Shown piece after piece: positions 37,330-46,202 of a stretch of DNA of 64,000 bases; positions within the stretch are counted from its first letter, which is position 1, and each line of letters starts with the position of its first letter. Source of the stretch: an uncultured Verrucomicrobiae bacterium (GTDB lineage: Bacteria > Verrucomicrobiota > Verrucomicrobiia > Chthoniobacterales > JAFAMB01); the NCBI GenBank assembly GCA_963837955.1, contig CAWIPH010000002.1, positions 2,016,001-2,080,000 of the forward strand. The letters run 5' to 3'. The translations under genes and the position numbers were made by a program. The notes under the pieces were generated by a model. It was not told where the DNA came from, made no database searches, and saw only the letters and a list, made by a program, of their open reading frames with translations.

Positions 37330-37949
37330 CAGTGCCCGTCCCAGCCGACCGTGACCCGGAGAAGATGGTAGTCAATTAGATCGCTGATTACCAAAGAAGC
37401 CCGTTTTATCACATTGAGCTGCTCCATATCGAAACCTGGAGGAACTTCTCCGGCCGGAACGGCTTGACCGCCTTCCCGACGGACATTGAAGAGCTGGACG
37501 CAAGAGATAACGCCGCGGCACGCATTCAAGAAATAAAAAGGCACGACAATCATCGCATAAGTAGTAAGACGCAGCTTGTCATCCAGCAGCGGGCTATGCA
37601 GCTCATGTCTGTACACTTCGTTTTCCGCGAATCCATGCTCGCTGGCTAATGAGGTGCTGACGATTCCGGAGCCAAGCGGTTGCTTAAAACCGACAATATC
37701 TGCGGCGTGTGCTCCGGTATTGTATGCGACGACGAGGTTCTCTTTTTGTGGATCTAGTAGCCAAACACTACCCTCGTCCGCGGCAACCCGATCAAATGCA
37801 TCGCGCAGCACATTCTCGATTCGGAGATCGAAAATTCCGCCGAGATTCTCTGGCGTGAGTACCTCAGCCATCTTGTTTAGTCGTTCCCTCAAGGCGGAAT
37901 GCAAAGTGAGGAATCGTTCGTCTGGCAGAAAATTCACTCGGCCGCTCAT
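37329..37949 (-). CDS. Stand-alone GAF-domain protein
   Basis: ADEGSVWLLD, PLGSGIVS, MIVVPFY...GVISCVQ GAF pattern; stop overlaps the S8 start. Confidence 0.75.
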   Translation of the reverse strand: MSGRVNFLPDERFLTLHSALRERLNKMAEVLTPENLGGIFDLRIENVLRDAFDRVAADEGSVWLLDPQKENLVVAYNTGAHAADIVGFKQPLGSGIVSTSLASEHGFAENEVYRHELHSPLLDDKLRLTTYAMIVVPFYFLNACRGVISCVQLFNVRREGGQAVPAGEVPPGFDMEQLNVIKRASLVISDLIDYHLLRVTVGWDGH

Positions 37950-38361
37950 AAGTAAACTTTCATACTAAGGATAGATCGACGCCCAGACGCCGAGAGCGAT
38001 TGCCTGGTTTGTTTGTCAGCGCACGAGGCTCCAACTTTGCAGTGTGTTCGGAAATTGTGCATAAGGTATTCTTCAGGCCCAGTCGGACAGGCACCAATTC
38101 ACTTGTTTTGGCGGCGGAAGGCTTGGCGAAAGAGGAAGGTGTGTTTCAGGATAATCTAGCAATGTGTCGGACTTCGCTTGATCAAAATTGATGAAGGGGT
38201 TTTGAGCGGCGACACGTCCGACGAAGCCTATGGTGATAATTCGAATTACCGGTGAAGGGATTCGCGAAGGCGGAAGCCGCGTTTCAAGATAGCCTAGGGC
38301 GAAGCCCTAGGAAAACGAGTTCCTCAAGCGTTTAGCGCTGTAAGCGCGTCATAATCGAGGC

Positions 38362-38471
38362 TCAAATCCCACACGTATCGCTCATCTACGCCGCCCGATA
38401 AGCGTTTGAGAAGTAATCGAAATTTCCTCAAACCTCATGGTCCGGTGATGCTCTTTTTGTTGCTCTACGTA
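38362..38471 (-). pseudogene. 3' remnant of an IS200-like / REP-associated tyrosine transposase (RAYT)
   Basis: Minus strand reads YVEQQKEHHRTMRFEE then, after a frameshift, FRLLLKRLSGGVDERYVWD; adjacent to the REP arm at 38275-38349. Confidence 0.72.
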
Positions 38472-38700
38472 AGTCTAGATTGTGGCACATTATAGTAAGA
38501 GCATGGATGTAGGCGTATAACGCACTTTCAGTGCTGACCGCGTGGGGGAAAAACTTCCTAGGGCGTTGCCCGCGCGAAGCCCTAGGAGACCGTTGGAAAA
38601 CGATGGCGCTGCAAAGCAGTAACAACCGTCTTCTAGGGAAAGCTTTGCCATAGACTTTAAGTAACTGGGCAGTTAGTTTGGGGGCCTAGTCGGTTTGCGT

Positions 38701-39393
38701 ATGGGAATTGACAACGATCTTTCGGTGGCCCGCCAAGCGATTGCCGGGGACCAAGAGGCGATAATGAGGGTACGATCTGAGCTTTCCTCCGTTTTAGGGG
38801 TGCTTCTCTCAAAATGCCGCGACAAATATTCAGAAGAGAAGGCGCGAGAAATCGTCGAAAGCCTGCCGGCTGATCTCATCGCCGGTGTTCCGCGAGACGG
38901 CAAAAACGTTCGGCTATTGGAAATGTATCAAGGACGGGCACCGTTACGATCGTGGCTGGCAGTAGTGGCTCTCTCCCGGTTAAAGAGTTGGTGGCGGAGT
39001 CCGCAGTATAGGAATTTGGCGCGCATGCGGGAGGAGGACGATGAGCGTGATTTTACAGACAAAATTGCGGCCGCCGTTACCAGATCACCGGGCGACTCCG
39101 AAATCATTGCCATCCTCAGCGACGCACTCTCAGAGGCATTGAGAAGCTTGCCTTCACGGGCGGCGGTGTGCTTGCGCTTGGTCCACCTCCATGACGTGGA
39201 ACAACAGCGACTTGCTCAGATGCTGAATTGCCACGCCGCAACCATAAGCCGAGAACTGGCCCAAACCCAGGAAGGCATCAAGAAGCGAGTAATGTGGGAT
39301 CTGAAGATTTTGGACCCTTATCTCGATATCAGTTGGGATGATTGCGTCTCCCTCTTGGAAGAGCGGCCGGGATTGATATCCGAAGCACTTTGA
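38701..39393 (+). CDS. ECF-like sigma-70 factor
   Basis: DLSVARQAIAGDQEA, YQGRAPLRSWL (region 2), ALRSLP...LRLVHLHDVEQQRLAQMLNCHAATISREL (region 4 HTH). Confidence 0.82.
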   Translation: MGIDNDLSVARQAIAGDQEAIMRVRSELSSVLGVLLSKCRDKYSEEKAREIVESLPADLIAGVPRDGKNVRLLEMYQGRAPLRSWLAVVALSRLKSWWRSPQYRNLARMREEDDERDFTDKIAAAVTRSPGDSEIIAILSDALSEALRSLPSRAAVCLRLVHLHDVEQQRLAQMLNCHAATISRELAQTQEGIKKRVMWDLKILDPYLDISWDDCVSLLEERPGLISEAL

Positions 39394-39451
39394 TTCACGG
39401 AAGAAAAGATGCAAGCCGGTCAAACTCGGTCGTCCAATTAACCAGGGAGCA

Positions 39452-39745
39452 ATGGATCGCGGTGGCAATCTCAGAAACGATTCCATGAGTCCCACGAGAG
39501 GAGAAGCAGAATTACAAATGAATGAAAAGCAGCAGTTTCAAACGATCCTTCGATTTCTGGAGAGCCGAAATGAGGAAGTAGGCGGGCGCATGGTTAGCGC
39601 CGTCGATCCGGAATTTGATGTTCGTTTGAAAAGATTGGCGGCGGGAAAACTCGATGAAAATAGCCGAGATCTTATTCTCGAGGAATTGGCAAAAGATCCA
39701 GGGGCTGTGAGCCGATTGGCTCAATATCTCTCGGGCGAGGATTGA
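39452..39745 (+). CDS. Small hypothetical protein, possible anti-sigma-like partner
   Basis: Directly follows the sigma gene; LKRLAAGKLD..SR..I...LA recalls anti-sigma N-terminal helices. Start could be 39518. Confidence 0.55.
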   Translation: MDRGGNLRNDSMSPTRGEAELQMNEKQQFQTILRFLESRNEEVGGRMVSAVDPEFDVRLKRLAAGKLDENSRDLILEELAKDPGAVSRLAQYLSGED

Positions 39746-40012
39746 AAGAGGCCCAGCAATTTATTGCGGGGTACACGGTGCAAAAAGGGCGATGCGGTCC
39801 CGACAGGGACAGCATGAAAGTAGCCCAGTACGAAGTGCTGGGTCGCGTTTTTTAAAGGCGAGTGTTCTGCGGTCCGCCCGGGTGTGGTTCTCTACCCCGA
39901 AGGGGTAGGGAGGGATCGCGTCCTCGTGCGCCGCGGATCGCGAGGACGCGATCCCTCCTGCCCCTTCGAGGCAAAGAAACCGGCGCGGGTTAGAAAAGCC
40001 GTGGGCCGTGTG

Positions 40013-40702
40013 CTAGGCGTTTTTCTCGCGAGCTCTCGATTTCGACGGCGCAATCACCAAGGTAATTTCCCCTCGCGGCGGATGATCTGCAAAGTGCTTG
40101 TTGAGCTCTTGCGCCGTGCCGCGGTGAAATGTCTCGAATTGCTTGGTGAGTTCCCGGGCGACGCAAAGCTGATGACCAGGAGCCAATGCCTCAAGCTCAG
40201 TAAGCGATTTTTGCAAGCGGTGCGGTGATTCAAAATAGATTGAAGTGCAATCTCGAGAGACTGCAGCCGTCAGTTCACGGCTTCGCTGACCACTTTTGAC
40301 GGGCAAGAAGCCGCCAAAATAAAATGCGTGGGTCGGTAGGCCTGACCCGACCAGCGCTGTAAGTACGGCGGAAGGCCCTGGAAGGATAGTCAGCGGGAGA
40401 TCGGCTTCCCGACAAGCTGCGATCAATCGGAATCCTGGGTCAGAGACTGACGGCATACCCGCATCGGTAAGCAAGGCAATGTTCGCGCCGGCTCGCAATC
40501 GCTCAACCAATTCCGCCGTACGACGAGCCTCGTTGTGCTCGTGGAGACTGGTGAGCGGTCTCTTTATCTCATACCGCTGAAGTAGCAAACCGGTGCGACG
40601 GGTATCTTCCGCGGCGATCAAATCGACTTGGCGAAGGATCTCTAGCGCTCGAACGGTGATGTCGGCCAAATTGCCAATCGGAGAGGCAACTATGTAGAGC
40701 AC
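40013..40702 (-). CDS. rsmI: 16S rRNA (cytidine1402-2'-O)-methyltransferase
   Basis: LYIVASPIGNLADIT.RA, AAEDTR, DAGMPSVSDPG, FESPHRL, ARELTKQFE. Confidence 0.95.
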   Translation of the reverse strand: MLYIVASPIGNLADITVRALEILRQVDLIAAEDTRRTGLLLQRYEIKRPLTSLHEHNEARRTAELVERLRAGANIALLTDAGMPSVSDPGFRLIAACREADLPLTILPGPSAVLTALVGSGLPTHAFYFGGFLPVKSGQRSRELTAAVSRDCTSIYFESPHRLQKSLTELEALAPGHQLCVARELTKQFETFHRGTAQELNKHFADHPPRGEITLVIAPSKSRAREKNA

Positions 40703-40706
40703 GGAG

Positions 40707-41210
40707 TTACCAGCCTTCGCTTAAATAGCTAGCTGCCTGTACCGCAGCATCTTCTGCAGCCAGCGGAATAGCCTGGCGCTCTTGGGTCGGAAGATCATTG
40801 CCCACAAAGAAGGTCGTCTGCCCAACTACATCCCGTTGTCCGATGGTTAGCCCGGTCCGAGTATCTACAACCAGCAACCGGATTGTGACCACGAGATTGA
40901 ATTGAGACGAAGCCAGCACGTTGCCAATGACGGAGCGCGCTCTTGTCCGATTCACGGCCGTGATCGTGCCACGCACCTCGACGTCAGCTTGATCCAGGCC
41001 CGTGATTTCGTAGGTGCCATCCTGCTGCAGCTGTTTGATGAACGTATCAGTGACCAGCGTCTGGATCTGAGGCTCATAAGTTCTATTTTCAAATATGGGC
41101 ACAGACAGTTTATGCGCACCCTTCATAAAGGTGGGCGGAATAGGGCCTAAGGTGTAGCCAGCGCAACCTGAGAGCAGAGCGACCACCAACAGAATGATTG
41201 CTCGACCCAT
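40707..41210 (-). CDS. lptE: LptE-family LPS assembly lipoprotein
   Basis: Lipobox LLSGC followed by GY; VPIFENRT.EP motif; downstream of bamD. Confidence 0.78.
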   Translation of the reverse strand: MGRAIILLVVALLSGCAGYTLGPIPPTFMKGAHKLSVPIFENRTYEPQIQTLVTDTFIKQLQQDGTYEITGLDQADVEVRGTITAVNRTRARSVIGNVLASSQFNLVVTIRLLVVDTRTGLTIGQRDVVGQTTFFVGNDLPTQERQAIPLAAEDAAVQAASYLSEGW

Positions 41211-41217
41211 CTTGGGG

Positions 41218-42432
41218 CTATTGCGTCGGAAGGTTGGGCTCAGTAGGCGCGACGTCTTTTTGCGGAGTGAGCGGTTGCTTCTTCTGGCCGGGGGTCGCGG
41301 CTGATGACGGCACGGCTGATGACGGTACGGCCGGTGACGGCGTTGGAGTAGGAGCTGGGGGACCAACGAAGTCCGATCTCGCAGCCGTATCGACCTGAGC
41401 CTGCAGCTTACGTCTTTCGGCTACAGTCTGGCCTGTCTCGGCCGTCTCAGTGCCAATCTGCAGAGCAGAGTCGCCAAGCTTCGATCGAATTTGATCCATT
41501 CTTTCCTTGGCGCGCTGCGCTTCCTGGGAGTCGGGCTGTTGCTGCAGTACCTCGTTATAATAAACGTAGGCGGCTTTGTAGTTCTTCTGCTTATCGTAGA
41601 ACCGCGCGATATTGTAGGAATCGGTCGACTTACGACCCTGCAACGCTTTCAGGTTATCCTGTGCTTGGGCCACTTTGCTGCTATTAGGATAACGCACCAA
41701 AAAGTCTTCAAATGCTTCCTGGGCCCGAACCGCGGCGGTCTGATCGTAGCCGGTTTCACGGCTAGCCTGAAAATAGACGTACCCAATCTGGTACATGGCA
41801 TCTGCGGCCACGTCGTTATTGGGATAGCGGTCGACCACTTGCTGATAAGCATTTACGGCCGAGACAATCGAGCCCTGCTTTTCCAGCGCCTGCCCGATTC
41901 CGTACTGGGCGAGGGGAGCGATCTTGCTGAAAGGAGCGTTGGTCACGATTTTCCGGAACATCTCCTGAGCTTTAGGCATCGACGGGAGTGTCGGAACGCC
42001 ATAAACGTCGACCCGCTTCCCATCCAAAAACGCCTTAGCTATATTGTATTCGGCCTCCAGGGCTGGTTCGAACTCGCTGCTCCGCGGATATTTTTCCACC
42101 AACCCTTGATACTCGTTGAAGGCGGCGTCCAATTTGCCTTGGTGCTGATACATGCGTCCGGAATTGAATTGGGCCGTCGGGGCGATATCTGAGCGCGGAA
42201 AACGCCGGACCAACAATCGGTAAGATGCTCCAGCGTGAGCAAAATCGTGGTTCTCTTCGTAACGCTGAGCGAGATCGAACTGCTCTTGCGCATTTTTCTT
42301 GATTTCAATGTCTTCAGCTTCGCTGGGAACAATTCCTTCCCCTTCGCGATAAATAATTGGCGCGGGGGAACGGTTGGGCAGCAGAAAGAGGAAAATCGTC
42401 AGCGGAAGTACGTACCGCAGCGTGGTCTTCAT
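41218..42432 (-). CDS. bamD: Outer-membrane protein assembly factor BamD (TPR)
   Basis: Repeated ..YP.S..A..A TPR motifs, YDQTAAVRAQEAFEDFLVRYPNS, IARFYDKQKNYKAAYVYYNEVL. Confidence 0.82.
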   Translation of the reverse strand: MKTTLRYVLPLTIFLFLLPNRSPAPIIYREGEGIVPSEAEDIEIKKNAQEQFDLAQRYEENHDFAHAGASYRLLVRRFPRSDIAPTAQFNSGRMYQHQGKLDAAFNEYQGLVEKYPRSSEFEPALEAEYNIAKAFLDGKRVDVYGVPTLPSMPKAQEMFRKIVTNAPFSKIAPLAQYGIGQALEKQGSIVSAVNAYQQVVDRYPNNDVAADAMYQIGYVYFQASRETGYDQTAAVRAQEAFEDFLVRYPNSSKVAQAQDNLKALQGRKSTDSYNIARFYDKQKNYKAAYVYYNEVLQQQPDSQEAQRAKERMDQIRSKLGDSALQIGTETAETGQTVAERRKLQAQVDTAARSDFVGPPAPTPTPSPAVPSSAVPSSAATPGQKKQPLTPQKDVAPTEPNLPTQ

Positions 42433-42441
42433 AAAAGGCCG

Positions 42442-42470
42442 AAATTAGGCATCAGCATCAGGTACGTCAA
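42442..42470 (-). promoter_or_regulatory. Candidate sigma-70 promoter for bamD-lptE-rsmI
   Basis: Minus strand TTGACG-17 nt-TAATTT ending 9 nt upstream of the ATG, implying a nearly leaderless transcript. Confidence 0.45.
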
Positions 42471-42704
42471 GACTTGGAGTGGCGGTAGCATATTGGGGAG
42501 TATAGCTTTGTCGAATAAAATTGGTGGGTCTCAGCATTGCACGTGTATCGCAGTGCGCGGCACTGGCCCCGGCGTAGGAGGCCTCCGGAAAGCAATCGCT
42601 GGAAACCAGTCCCGCTGAGTGACCAATAGCCAATTGTGGTTATTACAAATTGGTTAGGAGGCAAGCCGGCAAGGTGCGAAGAAATCACTGCGCAGGTGCC
42701 CTCA

Positions 42705-44315
42705 TTAAACGTTTTCGGCAGCCTTTGTCCCCGGATGGTAGTCGTAAGACCAGGTTTCGGAGAGAACTTCGGTTCCGCATTTCAGGAAAAGGCGCATCTC
42801 TACCGGATCTCGGCCCGCGACGGTAAAATCGAACTGGGCACGCCAATGACCCGAGACATTATCCGGAACGGCTTCGGTGAAAATGTACGAGAAATCGCCG
42901 CGGGAAGCCCAAAGGACCGGCTCCGGTTTGACGCCAAATGGCAGCGAGCCAAGCTGCCCTCCGTGAAATTCAATCATGAACTTACGTACACCCTTCGGTC
43001 GGGGCTGACCCGGATGACCTCCATTGCCAAGCCGAGTGGCCACGCAGCGCGCCATTGAAGGAGCAAAAGGTTCCCCGGCAACCCAGTGCAACCGATACTG
43101 GAAACGATAGTTTTTCCCTGCAGTCGCCGGATCGGCGGGTACCCACATAGCGACGATATTGTCGTGGATCTCATCGTCGGTCGGAATTTCCACCAGTTGC
43201 ACTGAGCCTTTTCCCCAATGCTCGAGCGGTTCCACCCAGAGATTGGGCCGCAACTCGTAGTGCACGCCGTCGAGGTAGTGGTCAAAATCGCGGTCGCGCT
43301 GCAGGAGACCAAAACCTCGCGGATTTTCGTCGTTGAACGCGGAGGCGAAAGTCGCTGCGGGGTTATTCAAAGGGCGCCAGATGCGCTCACCGATACCAGT
43401 CCAAAGAGCGAGCCCATCGGAATCATGCACTTCCGGGCGCCAGTCGACCGCGGTCGGTTTTATTGTCTCGGAAAACCAGTACATCGAGCTCATGGGCGCA
43501 ATTCCGAGGCGGCTGATATCTTTGCGGAGGAAAATCGTGGAATCCACGTCCATTAAGACCGCCTTGTCTCTGCGCATATCGAATCGGTAAGCCCCCGTGA
43601 TGCTGGGGCCATTCAGCAAGGCGTAAACCGTCACGAGCTCGCTATCTGGTTTTTGCGGCGCGAAGTAGATGTCCGTAAAAGTGGGAAATTCCTCAGAGCG
43701 ATCGGGCACTGCTACGTCGACCGCAATGCCGCGGGCCGAGAGACCATATTGATAGAGCTCTCCGATGGCCCGAAAATAGGACGCACCGAGGAAGGAAACC
43801 CAATCGTTTTTGTGCCAATCGAGCTTGGCCTGATCGCCGAGCTTGCTTTCCTGGAATCTGAACCCTGCGAAACCGCTGCCCTTACCTAGAGCATGGGCCG
43901 GGCTATCAGGTGGCATATCGAAATAGCTTTCGTCGTACACGATCTCTCGAGCGACGGTTCCGCCGGGGCCATCTTCCACCACGTGCATCCGGACGGGTGA
44001 CCGGCTAAACTTGCCCATATGGAAGAAGGTTACCGGGTAAGGGAGGCGGCCTTCGGCGAAAAGAGCATAGTCGATCTTGAAGCTGATCTTTTGCAGAGCC
44101 TCGTAATCGATCTTATCAAGGATATCGTCGGGGGGGACGGGGAGGGGAACGTAAGGCTGGCTGCTAAGCTTGCGGGCTCCCTCGATTAAAATATCAAACG
44201 AAAAGTGTTCGCCCGATGCGAGCTTCAGCGCCTGGCTGGCAAATGCGGAGCCCTTAAATCCAATCGTGGCCAGGGCAGCTGTGGTGGAGATAAGAAATTT
44301 GCGACGATCGATCAT
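42705..44315 (-). CDS. opgD: Periplasmic glucan biosynthesis protein (MdoD/OpgD type, Tat signal)
   Basis: DRRKFL twin-Arg signal; FAGFR, FLGASYFRA, YGLSARG, RPEVHDSDGL, WRPLNNP, DNIVAMW. Confidence 0.9.
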   Translation of the reverse strand: MIDRRKFLISTTAALATIGFKGSAFASQALKLASGEHFSFDILIEGARKLSSQPYVPLPVPPDDILDKIDYEALQKISFKIDYALFAEGRLPYPVTFFHMGKFSRSPVRMHVVEDGPGGTVAREIVYDESYFDMPPDSPAHALGKGSGFAGFRFQESKLGDQAKLDWHKNDWVSFLGASYFRAIGELYQYGLSARGIAVDVAVPDRSEEFPTFTDIYFAPQKPDSELVTVYALLNGPSITGAYRFDMRRDKAVLMDVDSTIFLRKDISRLGIAPMSSMYWFSETIKPTAVDWRPEVHDSDGLALWTGIGERIWRPLNNPAATFASAFNDENPRGFGLLQRDRDFDHYLDGVHYELRPNLWVEPLEHWGKGSVQLVEIPTDDEIHDNIVAMWVPADPATAGKNYRFQYRLHWVAGEPFAPSMARCVATRLGNGGHPGQPRPKGVRKFMIEFHGGQLGSLPFGVKPEPVLWASRGDFSYIFTEAVPDNVSGHWRAQFDFTVAGRDPVEMRLFLKCGTEVLSETWSYDYHPGTKAAENV

Positions 44316-44893
44316 TACTCTTACGGAAGGTTCTGGAAACTAGGTAGTGCGGCCGGATCACGGATGCACGGGTGCGTCCTAAGATTTAGAATCTAGAGGT
44401 AGCGCCGGAAACCGTTAACGGTGAACGGCCAGCGGTCAACCAGAAACATGAGGATCGACAGGGACGCACTCCCGCTTACCCATGACGGGCAGGGGTCCGG
44501 CTCCCGCCCGGGAGGAGGTCAACTTAAGAATGGTTTGCCTGCTCCAACGCCGGGAGGGCGCGCGTCCCCGCGCGCCGAGAAAACGATCTCTAACCTGGGG
44601 GACCAATTGAACCCTTGGTATACAAGCGCGCTTGGGTCCGGCCACAACGGATCGCGGGGACGCGATCCCTCCCCGCGTTGGGTCTCGCGGCCGCGGGGCT
44701 CCCGCCCGGACGCGTCAGGATAAGGGCCGAAATCTGCACCGAGGGGCGGGTGCAGAGCCTGTCTGCACAGAACGACGCATAGGTCCCATGCGTCCCATAT
44801 GACCTATCGGCTCCCGCCGAATCCTGCCTGTCCCAGGTGTGGAAAAGACGCGCCCCCAATGACATGGGGGCGCTGCAACCCCAAAAAAACGAG

Positions 44894-45946
44894 CTAGTTC
44901 TTTAGACTCGAGATATCGATGACAAATCGGTATTTCACGTCCCCTTTCAACAGCCTCTCATAAGATTCGTTGACCTGTTGAATCGGGATGATTTCGACAT
45001 CGGAGGTGATGCCATGTTCGGCGCAGTAATCCAGCATTTCCTGGGTTTCTGGAATCCCTCCGATGAGTGAGCCGACGATGCTGCGTCGTTGCAAAAGAAG
45101 GCTGAACGCGGGAATCGGTGTCGGCTCTGGTGGAGCGCCAACGCAGATCATCACACCGTCGGTGTCGAGGGTGTTGAGATATTTAGCGTAATCGTGAGGC
45201 GCTGATACAGTGTTAACAATGAAATCAAAATGATTGTTAATCCGGTTCATAGCCTCGTCGTTGGAGGTTAGTACGAAGTGATGCGCGCCCAGACGCTTGG
45301 CATCGGCTTCTTTGGAAGGTGAACCGCTTAGCATGGTCACTTCCGCACCAAATGAGGAAGCAAGTTTCACCGCCATGTGGCCCAACCCGCCCAATCCCAG
45401 GACACCTACTTTGTGCCCTTTGCCTACTTTCCAGTGGCGCAGCGGAGAATAGGTCGTAATCCCGGCGCACAACAATGGAGCCACGCCTTCCAAAGCCAGG
45501 TTGGAGGAGATTTTCAGCGTGTATTTTTCGTCGACCACGATCTGGGTAGAGTAGCCGCCATAGGTTGGGGTCTTACCATCCTTCTCGTAGCCGTTATAGG
45601 TAACGATCAGGCCATTTCTGCAATATTGCTCCAGACCAGCCGTACAGTTAGCGCACTCCCGACAGGAATCCACGAAGCAGCCAATGCCGGCGAGGTCGTC
45701 GACTTTGAATCGATTCACTTGGTCGCCAACTTTTATCACGCGGCCGACGATCTCATGTCCCGGGACCATAGGGTAAATAGAGTTGCCCCATTCATTGCGG
45801 ACCTGGTGTAAATCTGAGTGGCAAACGCCACAATACAGGATCTCTATCTCTACATCGTGGGGACCGACGTCCCGGCGACTTAATGTGAACGGACCTAAGC
45901 GCTCGGTGGCGCTCGGCGCAGCATAAGCCTTGGTATTATAAGTCAT
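44894..45946 (-). CDS. Zn-dependent NAD(P)-dependent alcohol dehydrogenase (cinnamyl-ADH/YahK-like)
   Basis: CGVCHSDLH, VPGHEIVG, structural Zn cysteines, APLLCAGIT, GLGGLG, DVKYRFVID. Confidence 0.95.
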   Translation of the reverse strand: MTYNTKAYAAPSATERLGPFTLSRRDVGPHDVEIEILYCGVCHSDLHQVRNEWGNSIYPMVPGHEIVGRVIKVGDQVNRFKVDDLAGIGCFVDSCRECANCTAGLEQYCRNGLIVTYNGYEKDGKTPTYGGYSTQIVVDEKYTLKISSNLALEGVAPLLCAGITTYSPLRHWKVGKGHKVGVLGLGGLGHMAVKLASSFGAEVTMLSGSPSKEADAKRLGAHHFVLTSNDEAMNRINNHFDFIVNTVSAPHDYAKYLNTLDTDGVMICVGAPPEPTPIPAFSLLLQRRSIVGSLIGGIPETQEMLDYCAEHGITSDVEIIPIQQVNESYERLLKGDVKYRFVIDISSLKN

Positions 45947-46202
45947 AGGTTATTCCCTCTGTTTTAATGCACTTGTGTCTGTTGTGAATGTTGGTGCCTA
46001 GACCACCGACAAGTGGCCGGGTGGCTATCAAAAAATGATAAGTTGCCATGGTGTCGAGTGCCCCAGTTAGCGAAGTAAACATTATTTGACCAACTGGTCT
46101 AGTGCATATCTCCCGCAGAGTTTGCTATGTACAGGCTTTCCTTTGGAAAATGAAGCCCATAGACTCTCCCGGGAACGGGCCCAACGGTCGCAAGGATGCA
46201 CT

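Noticed and set aside
42560..42610. SRP (4.5S) RNA, because of a CCGGAAAGCA motif
   Set aside because: The conserved CAGG...GGAA...AGCA helix-8 geometry could not be built; kept only as an unassigned structured segment.
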